In this document: positions 18,617 to 27,234 of the stretch, in pieces
How the letters are laid out: the number at the start of each line of letters is the position of its first letter
Numbering within the stretch: the stretch's first letter is position 1
Source: Candidatus Latescibacterota bacterium
Lineage (GTDB): Bacteria > Latescibacterota > UBA2968 > GCA-2709665
Direction of reading: 5' to 3'
Length of the DNA stretch: 64,000 nucleotides
NCBI GenBank assembly: GCA_963667175.2
Contig: CAXXXF010000012.1
Location: 64,001-128,000, forward strand
The notes under the pieces: model-generated
The model's input: only the letters and a program-made list of their open reading frames with translations
What the model was told of the DNA's origin: nothing
The model's database searches: none
Program-made: the position numbers and the translations under genes

Positions 18617-19933
18617 ATGAAGATACCCGTCCGCAATCCCCTCGTTTTGCCGGTTTACGTTCCGTCGCTGTTGTTGATGTTCGGCAACGGGATGCTGATT
18701 CCGATCCTCCCGTTGTACGCGGAGACCTTCAGTGCGTCGTACGGCCTCATCGGTGTCGTGCTGGCCGCCGAGGGCGTGGGCAGACTGGTCGTCGCGCTGC
18801 CAGCAGGGTTTCTTCTCGGAAACTTCGGTCGGAAACCCGTCATGGTTCTTGGCGTCAGCTGCGTCGCCCTGTCCACGCTCGCGCTGTTCTGGGCGCAGGA
18901 CATTTACGAAGTCGTGTGCTACCGTCTTGCCGCCGGGGTCGGCGGATCCCTCTGGCACATCTCATGTCACGCCTATCTGGCGGACGCCGCTCCGGTCTTT
19001 CACCGCGGAAGAGCACTCTCGATCTTCGGCGGGATTCAACGCATCGGGACCTTCGCGGGGCCGGCGGCGGGTGGCGCGCTCGGCGCACACTACAGTCTGG
19101 AAACGCCGTTTCTCGTGTTCGGGGGTCTGGCGGCTCTCGTCGTTATCATTGCCGCGTGGCGGTTTGAAACCGAACCGTCGTCCGCGGCGCGGCACATCCG
19201 CGCCGGACGTCTGAAACCCCTTCTGACGATATTCAAAACGCACTTTCGGGAACTGGCCATCGCGGGCTCGGGGCAGCTCTTTGCCCAGACCATCCGAGCC
19301 GGACGCCACGTTGTCGTGCCCCTTTACGCGGCCGGCGTGATCGGTCTGGACGTTCAGGCCATCGGATGGATCATCACCATTTCCGCGCTGGTCGACATGT
19401 CGCTCTTCTATCCCGCCGGCCACGTCATGGACCGATTCGGCAGAAAGTTCGCGATGGTGCCCTGTTTTCTGATCCAGGCGGTCGCCATGGCTGCCATACC
19501 ATTCACTCACAGTTTTACGGGACTGCTGCTGGCGACGGCGGTCCTGGGGATGGGCAACGGCATCGGCTCCGGTTCCATGATGACCCTCGGCGCCGACCTT
19601 GCGCCAAGGGAATCGGTCGGTGAGTTTCTGGGGGCCTGGCGCCTGGTCGGCGATACGGGCCATACGGGCGCGCCGCTTGTGGTCGGGGGCATCGCCGACC
19701 TTCTCGGTCTTTCCCCTGCAACGTTCGCAATCGCGGGATTCGGCCTGCTGGCCGCGGGTACCTTTGCGTTTCTTGTGCCGGAAACGCTTACGGACGGAGC
19801 ATCTCCCGGCCATGCTCCGCACGGCGACGGACGTGACCGACCGGACGCGCAAAAAAAAACCGCGCCCCTGGCGGTGCGGGTGAACGGAAGCTGTACCAAA
19901 CTTCCGGCGCCGGAATCGGATCAGGAGCCGTGA
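18617..19933 (+). CDS. MFS transporter
   Basis: About 12 TM segments; motif A GFLLGNFGRK / GHVMDRFGRK. Confidence 0.9.
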   Translation: MKIPVRNPLVLPVYVPSLLLMFGNGMLIPILPLYAETFSASYGLIGVVLAAEGVGRLVVALPAGFLLGNFGRKPVMVLGVSCVALSTLALFWAQDIYEVVCYRLAAGVGGSLWHISCHAYLADAAPVFHRGRALSIFGGIQRIGTFAGPAAGGALGAHYSLETPFLVFGGLAALVVIIAAWRFETEPSSAARHIRAGRLKPLLTIFKTHFRELAIAGSGQLFAQTIRAGRHVVVPLYAAGVIGLDVQAIGWIITISALVDMSLFYPAGHVMDRFGRKFAMVPCFLIQAVAMAAIPFTHSFTGLLLATAVLGMGNGIGSGSMMTLGADLAPRESVGEFLGAWRLVGDTGHTGAPLVVGGIADLLGLSPATFAIAGFGLLAAGTFAFLVPETLTDGASPGHAPHGDGRDRPDAQKKTAPLAVRVNGSCTKLPAPESDQEP

Positions 19934-19982
19934 ACCGGGTTTGCCAGCCAGTCTGCGAACGGCCGCCTTCGGGCCGAATCCA

Positions 19983-20011
19983 TTGACAACGCTCGTGCCG
20001 TCCGTTAGATT
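19983..20011 (+). promoter_or_regulatory. Sigma70-type promoter
   Basis: TTGACA-17bp-TAGATT. Confidence 0.65.
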
Positions 20012-20060
20012 TCCCGAGACGGACTCCTTCGATCCACGACCCGAATGAGAGGCGGATCCG

Positions 20061-20261
20061 ATGACCAGAGAGAGCATTATTGCGGGCATCTGCCTGCTGG
20101 TCACGCTGGGGCTGATGTGGCTTGCGGATCATCCGGACAAGGTCGCCGGCGCCGTTATCCTGGGCATTGTCTTCTGCGTTTTTATTCTGGTCGCCCGCCT
20201 GAAGGGGCGGGGCAACGCCAGAACGAACCGGATGATACGAAAGCCGCCGGAGCGGAAGTGA
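20061..20261 (+). CDS. Small two-TM membrane protein (hypothetical)
   Basis: GAGG RBS, two hydrophobic helices and a basic tail, first ORF after the promoter. Confidence 0.6.
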   Translation: MTRESIIAGICLLVTLGLMWLADHPDKVAGAVILGIVFCVFILVARLKGRGNARTNRMIRKPPERK

Positions 20262-20297
20262 ACGCGTTTCATCCCGATACGAACAGACATTCCTGCC

Positions 20298-21020
20298 ATG
20301 CGCGCCCGTCCCGAAATCTCCGTGATCATCCCGGTATTCAACGAGCAGGACGCCATTCAGAACGTACTGTCCGATATTCCAGGTCATCTCGACGTCGACG
20401 TGGTGGTGGTGGACAACGGATCCACCGACCGTACGGTCGACCTGGCCAGACAGATGGGCGCCCGCGTCGTACACGAAGATCGACGGGGATACGGCTGGGC
20501 TTGCCTGGCGGGTATCGCCGCCCTGGAGAAACCCGATATTGTGGTTTTCCTGGACGGCGATTACAGTGACCATCCCGATGAAATGACGCTGCTGGTGGCG
20601 CCCGTCGCGGAGAATCGCGCGGACCTCGTGATCGGGTCGCGTACGCTGGGCCGCCGGGAGGCCGGCGCGCTGCTTCCACAGGCCCGCTTCGGCAATTGGC
20701 TGGCCACGTGGCTCATCCGTCGAATGTTCAGCGCCGACTTCACCGACCTCGGACCATTTCGCGCCATATCGTACCCGGCGCTTGTCGCGCTCGATATGCA
20801 GGACAGGACCTTCGGCTGGACGGTGGAAATGCAGGTGAAGGCTGCCCGGATGGGCCTCCGGCACCTGGACGTTCCGGTAAGTTACCGACGTCGTATTGGC
20901 GTTTCCAAGATTACCGGAACCCTGAGCGGCACGATCCGGGCGGGCTGGAAAATCCTCTACACGATCTTCAGATACCGATTCCTGGAACCACCTGGATCCT
21001 CACCCGCCAGCCCGCATTGA
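20298..21020 (+). CDS. Glycosyltransferase family 2 (DPM1-like)
   Basis: VIIPVFNE, VVDNGSTD, FLDGDYSD, DLGPFRAI, GWTVEMQ. Confidence 0.92.
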   Translation: MRARPEISVIIPVFNEQDAIQNVLSDIPGHLDVDVVVVDNGSTDRTVDLARQMGARVVHEDRRGYGWACLAGIAALEKPDIVVFLDGDYSDHPDEMTLLVAPVAENRADLVIGSRTLGRREAGALLPQARFGNWLATWLIRRMFSADFTDLGPFRAISYPALVALDMQDRTFGWTVEMQVKAARMGLRHLDVPVSYRRRIGVSKITGTLSGTIRAGWKILYTIFRYRFLEPPGSSPASPH

Positions 21021-21060
21021 ATCGATCCGGCCTCCTCGACGCCGCGGTCGACCTGTGAAG

Positions 21061-21393
21061 TCAGGCTCTATCGGACTCTTCGCAAGTGCCCCCGTGTTCT
21101 CCGTCCAGCAACATGGTCAGTCGCGCGGCCACCCGCTGGGCCTGCCTGCCTGCCGCTTCGCGTCCCGTCCGAACCTTCAACAACCTGTCGGCGATATCCA
21201 GCGCCGCGATGATGGCTATTTTTGTCGGTTCGGCCAATTTTTGCTGTGACGCGATCTCCGTCATCCGACGGTCGACCAGATCGGCGACCCGATGCGTATA
21301 GTCGGACGACTCCCGGCTTTGAACGGGATACTGGCGCCCGAAGATCGTAACGCTGGTCGTTTCAGCCCGGTCGCGGCCGTCCGAAAGTAACAT
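21061..21393 (-). CDS. zapA: Cell division protein ZapA
   Basis: VTIFGRQY, VADLVDRRM, AIIAALDIAD. Confidence 0.85.
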   Translation of the reverse strand: MLLSDGRDRAETTSVTIFGRQYPVQSRESSDYTHRVADLVDRRMTEIASQQKLAEPTKIAIIAALDIADRLLKVRTGREAAGRQAQRVAARLTMLLDGEHGGTCEESDRA

Positions 21394-21572
21394 GCTACCC
21401 CCTGAGTTTCTCGCGAATTATCGGAACTCCGGTCAATGGTCCACGGCATTCGCCGATTTCGCCCGTCGATTTACTGATCTATCCGCAGGTTCCTGCCTCC
21501 CGTTATCTGTGACCCGGTGGCGTTGCGGTACGGGAAGACCGGGCCGACGTTCAAGCGCCGTTGACGCCGAAC

Positions 21573-21839
21573 TCAAATCTTGTTCGGGGCTTCAAGCGGA
21601 TCCACCCGAACCACGCCGTCCGTCGCGGGTACCATTACCTCCACAACCCAACCGTCCACGTCCCTGCCCATCACCCGAATCCGCTTGGGATTCCGACGCA
21701 ATACGGTTGCGTCCTTGGAAACTCTGGCGAACGCGTGGTATTTTTCATCGTCGACACAGAAAAACCGCTGAATTCGACCCTCGGGTTTTCCGCCCAGTTG
21801 CGCGCTTCTTTGTGTATGGCTCCTCGAGGATTCATCCAT
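21573..21839 (-). CDS. Hypothetical protein, 88 aa
   Basis: Co-oriented ORF 15 bp after nadD, filling the gap before zapA; no recognised motif. Confidence 0.45.
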   Translation of the reverse strand: MDESSRSHTQRSAQLGGKPEGRIQRFFCVDDEKYHAFARVSKDATVLRRNPKRIRVMGRDVDGWVVEVMVPATDGVVRVDPLEAPNKI

Positions 21840-21854
21840 CGAGCACTCGCTATT

Positions 21855-22442
21855 CTAACCGTAAAGGCGGCGTGTTTCGATATACCGCGCGACATTGTCC
21901 GGCACCCAATATCGAATGGGCCTGCCCGTACGAATACGGGAACGGATCTGTGTGGAAGAAATCTCTATAAGCGGCGTTTCAAGGAAACGCATTCGAGCGG
22001 CTATTCGTTTGTCGACGTCGTCGGGAAGAAACCCGGGGCGACCCATCACCGTTACGTGCGCGAGGTCGAGAACCCCCTGGGGATCGCACCACGTCGACAT
22101 CTCTGGCGCGTTATCGGCGCCGATGATCAGATAGAGATCAGTCGCGGACCCGAATTTTCCACGCAGTTGCCTCAGGGTCTCAACAGTATAGGACTTGCCG
22201 GTTCGTTCCAACTCGATCGGGCACAGCTCAAACCCGGGCTGTCTGTCGAGGGCAAGCGCAACCATTCTGGCGCGCGCTTCGGCCGGCGCCACGTCTGTGG
22301 CGTTCTTGTGGGGAGGGTCCGCTGAGGGTACGAACAGGACGCGGTCCAGACAACATTGTGCCAGCGCCTCCTGGGCGATTATCAGATGGCCGAGATGAAT
22401 GGGATCAAACGTGCCACCGAGGATGCCGATCCTTCCGCCCAT
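21855..22442 (-). CDS. nadD: Nicotinate-nucleotide adenylyltransferase
   Basis: GGTFDPIHLGH, PPHK, SYTVET, IIGAD, ISST. Confidence 0.95.
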   Translation of the reverse strand: MGGRIGILGGTFDPIHLGHLIIAQEALAQCCLDRVLFVPSADPPHKNATDVAPAEARARMVALALDRQPGFELCPIELERTGKSYTVETLRQLRGKFGSATDLYLIIGADNAPEMSTWCDPQGVLDLAHVTVMGRPGFLPDDVDKRIAARMRFLETPLIEISSTQIRSRIRTGRPIRYWVPDNVARYIETRRLYG

Positions 22443-22448
22443 GCCGCC

Positions 22449-23270
22449 TCACCTGGAATTCGCGGCGCTGGAGCCGTTTGTCTTCGCCGCCGGTTTCCGG
22501 TGTTCGGTCTTCCGTCCGGCCCGGGTTTTCTCAATCTGGCGTATCTCTTCGGCAATCTCACGTTTCAGTTCGTCCTGAACCCCGTCCGCGGCCAGGAGCC
22601 TCAACATCTCGAGCGCTTCGTCCAGGTCGCCCAGTTGGTGTCTTGTGCGTGCGAGAAGAAACCTGGCACGTGCCGCGAGCGGGGTATCGTTGAATTCCTT
22701 CAGGACGATCTCACAATACCGCGCGGCGGATTCGAACATGTCCCACTGAATGTAGTTCCGGGCGACCATGAGTTTCTTTTGCGCCAGTTTGGTCCGAAGT
22801 TCCAGTATTCTGTCGCGCGTGCTCGGGACGAGATCGCTATCGGGGAAATCCTCGATAAACCGTTCGAACTCCCTGATGGCCTTGTGGGTCTCATCCTGGT
22901 CGTGATGGATGCCCCGCGACTGACGGTAGTAACACACCCCGATCTGGTACCGCGCCTGGTCGACAAACGAGCTGGTTGGAAACTCGTTCAGCAGCCGCTC
23001 GAATTCAAATACCGCCGTCACGTAGTCCTTGTCGCACAAAAACGCGAAGCCGAGTTTATATTGGGCCCGGTCGACCAGATGTGACCCCGGAAAGTCCGAC
23101 AGCAGATTTCGGAGCAACTTCTGGGCCTCCCAGCAATTCTTCTGCTCGAGCGCTTCGTTCGCCATTTCCAGGTACAGGTCCGCACTCGGATGGCGATACC
23201 TGTTCTGGGCGCATCCGCCCAATGCCAGCAGGCCAATTGAACACAGAACGATGACACAGCGCGTCATCAT
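22449..23270 (-). CDS. bamD: Outer membrane protein assembly factor BamD (TPR lipoprotein)
   Basis: Lipobox LGGC; TPR-like FPGS/FPTS/FPDS repeats; DQDETHKAI. Confidence 0.88.
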   Translation of the reverse strand: MMTRCVIVLCSIGLLALGGCAQNRYRHPSADLYLEMANEALEQKNCWEAQKLLRNLLSDFPGSHLVDRAQYKLGFAFLCDKDYVTAVFEFERLLNEFPTSSFVDQARYQIGVCYYRQSRGIHHDQDETHKAIREFERFIEDFPDSDLVPSTRDRILELRTKLAQKKLMVARNYIQWDMFESAARYCEIVLKEFNDTPLAARARFLLARTRHQLGDLDEALEMLRLLAADGVQDELKREIAEEIRQIEKTRAGRKTEHRKPAAKTNGSSAANSR

Positions 23271-23532
23271 ACCCATCCTACTTCGCAATAACAGAAAATC
23301 GGGGCCGTGTTTATCCCAACCCCGAACGGTCAGTGCGATCGACCACCCTGCAACCAGGACGTCTTCGAGTGGCGTATGCCATGGAATCAATCGGCAAAGC
23401 CGACGCTCTTACCTTTGACTCCGGAAACCCGCGGATGGTTCCGTACAAGACCGGCGGGAATCGCTGCCGGCGGTTCGGACCGTATTCGCGGAAGCGTCCG
23501 GTTCCTGAACGTTTTCTTCGGCAGATTGGGAA

Positions 23533-23561
23533 AACTTAAGCAAACCCCACAGGCAAGTCAA
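23533..23561 (-). promoter_or_regulatory. Sigma70-type promoter upstream of bamD
   Basis: TTGACT-17bp-TAAGTT on the minus strand. Confidence 0.6.
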
Positions 23562-23761
23562 GAGAATACAATGAGGTCCGAAACTTCCCGTCGCGACCGG
23601 GCGAATTCGCACAGGTTCATCTTGACGAACCCGTCCCGACAGGGTTACCTTGCATTCCGGTCCGAAATCCCTTCGGTGGCGTCCGGGGGCGGGTCGAGAC
23701 CGGTGCGGTATATCTCGCAGCCCGACCGTAGCGGCGCCCATCGATTGATACGGAGATTCCC

Positions 23762-24709
23762 ATGGTTTCGCGTCCGCACGTTCTGGTCATCGGAAGTTCC
23801 AATACGGACCTGATCGTCCGATCGGCGAGCCTGCCGAGCCCCGGCCAGACGATCATCGCGGATGCGTTTGTCACGTTGCCGGGAGGCAAGGGCGCCAATC
23901 AGGCGGTCGCGGCGGCCCGTTCAGGCGCGCGCGTCTCGTTCGTTGCGCGAATCGGAAGGGACGCGTTCGGCGCGGACGCCCTGCGCTGCCTGGAAGCGGA
24001 GGGCATCGATACGACCTGCGTGACGAGAGACCCGGATCTGCCGTCGGGCATCGCCTCAATCCTGGTGGACGGCAGGGGCGAGAACGCCATTGCCGTGGTT
24101 CCGGGCGCCAACGCCGCCCTTTCTCCCGTTCAGATTGACGCCGCCCGATCCCTTTTCGACCGCGCTTCCGCGTGCCTCCTTCAGCTTGAAACGCCTCTGC
24201 CGACAGTCCTCCACGCCGCGGGGATTGCGAGGGACCACGGGGTCCCGGTAATTCTCAATCCGGCGCCCGCCCGCGACCTCCCCGATCGTCTTCTTTCCGA
24301 TCTATTCCTTCTCACGCCGAACGAAACGGAAACCGAGATTCTGACCGGCGTTCGCCCGGATACCGAAGAGGCGGCGCGCCGTGCCGCAGACGTCCTGATG
24401 GCCCGGGGGGTTGACAACGTCATCATCACCCTTGGCGCACGCGGCGCGCTTCTGGCCACGGATCGGAATGCCATGCTGTTCCCGCCGCCCGGGGTCGACG
24501 TTCGCGACACGACCGGCGCCGGAGACGCCTTCAACGGAGCGCTCGCGGCCGCACTCTGCGCAGCGAGATCCCTACCCGACGCCGTCGCCTTCGCGAACTG
24601 CGCGGGCGCGCTCGCGGTGACCCGGATCGGCGCGCAGTCCGCGCTGCCGCGCGAGGCTCAGATCAGGGCTCTGATGGATGCTCCGACGAGGCGCGGGCCG
24701 CATTCCTGA
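23762..24709 (+). CDS. rbsK: Ribokinase
   Basis: GSSNTD, GGKGANQAVAAAR, QLE, LNPAP, PNETE, DTTGAGDAF. Confidence 0.92.
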   Translation: MVSRPHVLVIGSSNTDLIVRSASLPSPGQTIIADAFVTLPGGKGANQAVAAARSGARVSFVARIGRDAFGADALRCLEAEGIDTTCVTRDPDLPSGIASILVDGRGENAIAVVPGANAALSPVQIDAARSLFDRASACLLQLETPLPTVLHAAGIARDHGVPVILNPAPARDLPDRLLSDLFLLTPNETETEILTGVRPDTEEAARRAADVLMARGVDNVIITLGARGALLATDRNAMLFPPPGVDVRDTTGAGDAFNGALAAALCAARSLPDAVAFANCAGALAVTRIGAQSALPREAQIRALMDAPTRRGPHS

Positions 24710-24741
24710 CCGCGGGAAATCTGCTGTTTTCGCCTTTTCTC

Positions 24742-24770
24742 TTGACCCCTCTCTCACCCTGTCCTATATT
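24742..24770 (+). promoter_or_regulatory. Sigma70-type promoter of the small protein gene
   Basis: TTGACC-17bp-TATATT. Confidence 0.7.
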
Positions 24771-24858
24771 CTGATCCCTCACGTAGTTAACCCGAGCGTG
24801 TACGGCAATCAACCTCCCCCCTCTCCCTGATTCCCCTTGCACGAAGGGAGTGTTTTGT

Positions 24859-25044
24859 ATGGCGAACCGCGCAGGCGTCGAGCCACGCCTCGACTATGAG
24901 GATCTCGTGGACGAGCTGGATCGGTTTGAATCGGAAGCCAAAGACCTTCAGACGCGCATCGCGCAGTTTATGGACGGCGCCAGGCAGGCCCTGGCGGGCG
25001 AGGCGAGTACCGGCGTGGAACCCCTGGGTACCGCCGCCGACTGA
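24859..25044 (+). CDS. Small acidic coiled-coil protein, 61 aa (hypothetical)
   Basis: AAGGGAG RBS, own promoter and terminator, heptad-like helix. Confidence 0.7.
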   Translation: MANRAGVEPRLDYEDLVDELDRFESEAKDLQTRIAQFMDGARQALAGEASTGVEPLGTAAD

Positions 25045-25061
25045 AGCCGCATCTGCAAATG

Positions 25062-25116
25062 GCATCCACAAGCAAAAGAGGCGGGGTTAAACCCCGCCTC
25101 TTTTGCTTGTGGATGC
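25062..25116. terminator. Bidirectional terminator within a 26-bp perfect inverted repeat
   Basis: GCATCCACAAGCAAAAGAGGCGGGGT-TAA-ACCCCGCCTCTTTTGCTTGTGGATGC between convergent genes. Confidence 0.8.
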
Positions 25117-25157
25117 ACGGATGAGCAACCCGTCCATGCACTGCCTTCCCCGCGCCG

Positions 25158-26111
25158 CTACCGGGCATCAACCGGACCGGCCATCTCTGCGTAGAGCGAC
25201 TTCAGCGCGGCAACGTCGGCGGCGTCCAGCGACCCCAATTCAGACGCCGCTGCGTTTGCCTCTGCCTGCTCAGGCGTCTTGGCGCCCGGAATCACGCACG
25301 ACACGTCCAGATGGCTCAATACGAACCTGAGGGCCGTCTGCGCAAGCGTGGGACTCCGGCCGCCCACCAGCGCTTCCACCCTCGCCACCTGGGCAAGCGC
25401 TCGCTGCAATCGGCCGTCTCTGCGCCAATCCGACCGAAAGTCCGCTCCTGGAAATCGGGAATCCTCTCGGTACTTCCCGCTCAACAGACCCCTCGCCATA
25501 GGCGCCTTGATCACCGTTCCGACACCCGCGGCCCGCGCCGCTGCGAACAGACCGGGATCCGGACGCTGGTCCAGGATATTGTAATAAACCTGAATTACGT
25601 CCACACAGCCGGAGTCGATGCACAGCCGCGCCTGCTCGACCGTATCGACCGAAACGCCGGCGAAACGGATGGTTCCCGCCTCTTTCAACCGGTTCAGAAA
25701 CTCGAAAATACCACTTCGCCGAATGGTCTCGGTATCCGGATCGTGGATGTAGTAGAGATCGATATAGTCCGTTCTCAGAGACCGCAGACTGGCTTCTACC
25801 GCCCGGCAGAGGTAGATCAGCGAAAAATCGCTATAGGCTGTGCCGTCGACGTACCACCAGCCGCCCTTGGTGGCCAGCACGACCTGTTCCCGCCGATCCG
25901 CCAGCGCCCTGCCCAGAACCCGCTCGCTACGACCGTTCCCGTACGCGTCCGCCGTATCGAAAAAGTTCACGCCCACGTCGAGCGCCCGGTGCACGGTACG
26001 GACCGAGGTCTCGTCGTTCACGGGTCCCCAGTCCAATCCCCGGAACGGCCCGGCGCCCAGTCCGACTTCCGAAATCCGGGGACCGCCGATGCAGAGCGGA
26101 CGGAGATTCAT
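25158..26111 (-). CDS. Aldo/keto reductase
   Basis: FDTADAYG, ATKGG, SLRSLRTDYIDLYYIH, IPGAK. Confidence 0.93.
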   Translation of the reverse strand: MNLRPLCIGGPRISEVGLGAGPFRGLDWGPVNDETSVRTVHRALDVGVNFFDTADAYGNGRSERVLGRALADRREQVVLATKGGWWYVDGTAYSDFSLIYLCRAVEASLRSLRTDYIDLYYIHDPDTETIRRSGIFEFLNRLKEAGTIRFAGVSVDTVEQARLCIDSGCVDVIQVYYNILDQRPDPGLFAAARAAGVGTVIKAPMARGLLSGKYREDSRFPGADFRSDWRRDGRLQRALAQVARVEALVGGRSPTLAQTALRFVLSHLDVSCVIPGAKTPEQAEANAAASELGSLDAADVAALKSLYAEMAGPVDAR

Positions 26112-26219
26112 GCTCACTCCCGTCGAGACAGAAGACTGCCATGTGAAAACGGCCCTCGAAGGTTCCCTCCCGGCGAACCCCTCAAAGGCCGAAAACGACG
26201 TCGCGTGGACGCCGCGAAG

Positions 26220-26248
26220 AAAATAGGGCCATCAAATCGGGTTGTCAA
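26220..26248 (-). promoter_or_regulatory. Sigma70-type promoter for the aldo/keto reductase
   Basis: TTGACA-17bp-TATTTT on the minus strand. Confidence 0.65.
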
Positions 26249-26427
26249 CTCAATTCGGGTTCGGCAGGCCGGCGAAACGCGTGGAGCGTCCCCGGCGTCC
26301 GGACATGCTCGATTCATAAATATATTTTATTGATTTAATCAAATTTATAAATTGGCGATATGCGCCGCGATTCGCTATCATTATAGCGGTTGGCCGCGCG
26401 GTTACCGTCTTTCCTGCATGCCTCCTT

Positions 26428-27234
26428 ATGAGCGCCACAACCGAACCAACGCTGAACTCGACCATCGAAAGGGGCTACGCCTTGCGCCTTCCCGCCGCGA
26501 TGCTGATGGATCTGGACGACACCATCGTCTCCTATTCCACCCACGCGGGTCCGTGCTGGAAGCGGGTCTGCGAGGAGGCGGCGTGCGGGATTGACGGTGT
26601 CGATGCGGACACGCTTTACAGGACGCTGACCGAAGCCAGAACGTGGTTCTGGGCCGATCCCGATCGGCACCGGGCGAACCGCCAGAACGCGCCGCGTGCG
26701 TACCAGCGTGTCGTCCATCATGGCTTGTGTCGTCTTGGAATTGAAAGTTGGGACCTCGCCGGTGAAATCGCCCGGTCCTACCACCAGGCGCGCCTGAAGA
26801 CGATGAAACCGTTCCCCGGCGCCCTCGAAACGCTTCGAATGCTTCGCGCCCGACGCGTGAGGTTGGCGCTGGTAACGAACGGAGGCGCCGAACCCCAGCG
26901 GGACAAGATACGCAGGTTCAATCTTGCGCCATTCTTCGATACCATTCTCATCGAAGGAGAGTGCGGCTACGGGAAGCCGGACGTTCGAATCTATACGGAT
27001 GCGCTCCGCCTCCTGGACGCCGCGCCAGATGAGGCGTGGATGGTGGGCGACAACCTGGAGTGGGAAGTTGCCGTTCCGCAGAAGCTGGGCATCTACTGCA
27101 TCTGGAACGACGCCAAAGGGGCGGGTCTGCCGGACGACAGCGACGTTCGCCCGGATCGAATCATCCGATCCCTGCCCGAATTGCTGCATACCCGTAACGG
27201 TGCTTCCCAATGGACAGCGTCGGAAAGGAACTGA
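26428..27234 (+). CDS. HAD-superfamily hydrolase (YjjG-like)
   Basis: DLDDT, VTNG, GKPD, MVGDNLEWE. Confidence 0.9.
   Translation: MSATTEPTLNSTIERGYALRLPAAMLMDLDDTIVSYSTHAGPCWKRVCEEAACGIDGVDADTLYRTLTEARTWFWADPDRHRANRQNAPRAYQRVVHHGLCRLGIESWDLAGEIARSYHQARLKTMKPFPGALETLRMLRARRVRLALVTNGGAEPQRDKIRRFNLAPFFDTILIEGECGYGKPDVRIYTDALRLLDAAPDEAWMVGDNLEWEVAVPQKLGIYCIWNDAKGAGLPDDSDVRPDRIIRSLPELLHTRNGASQWTASERN

Noticed and set aside
21020-21061. 6S RNA, often found downstream of zapA
   Set aside because: Only ~40 bp before the convergent GT2 gene; no room
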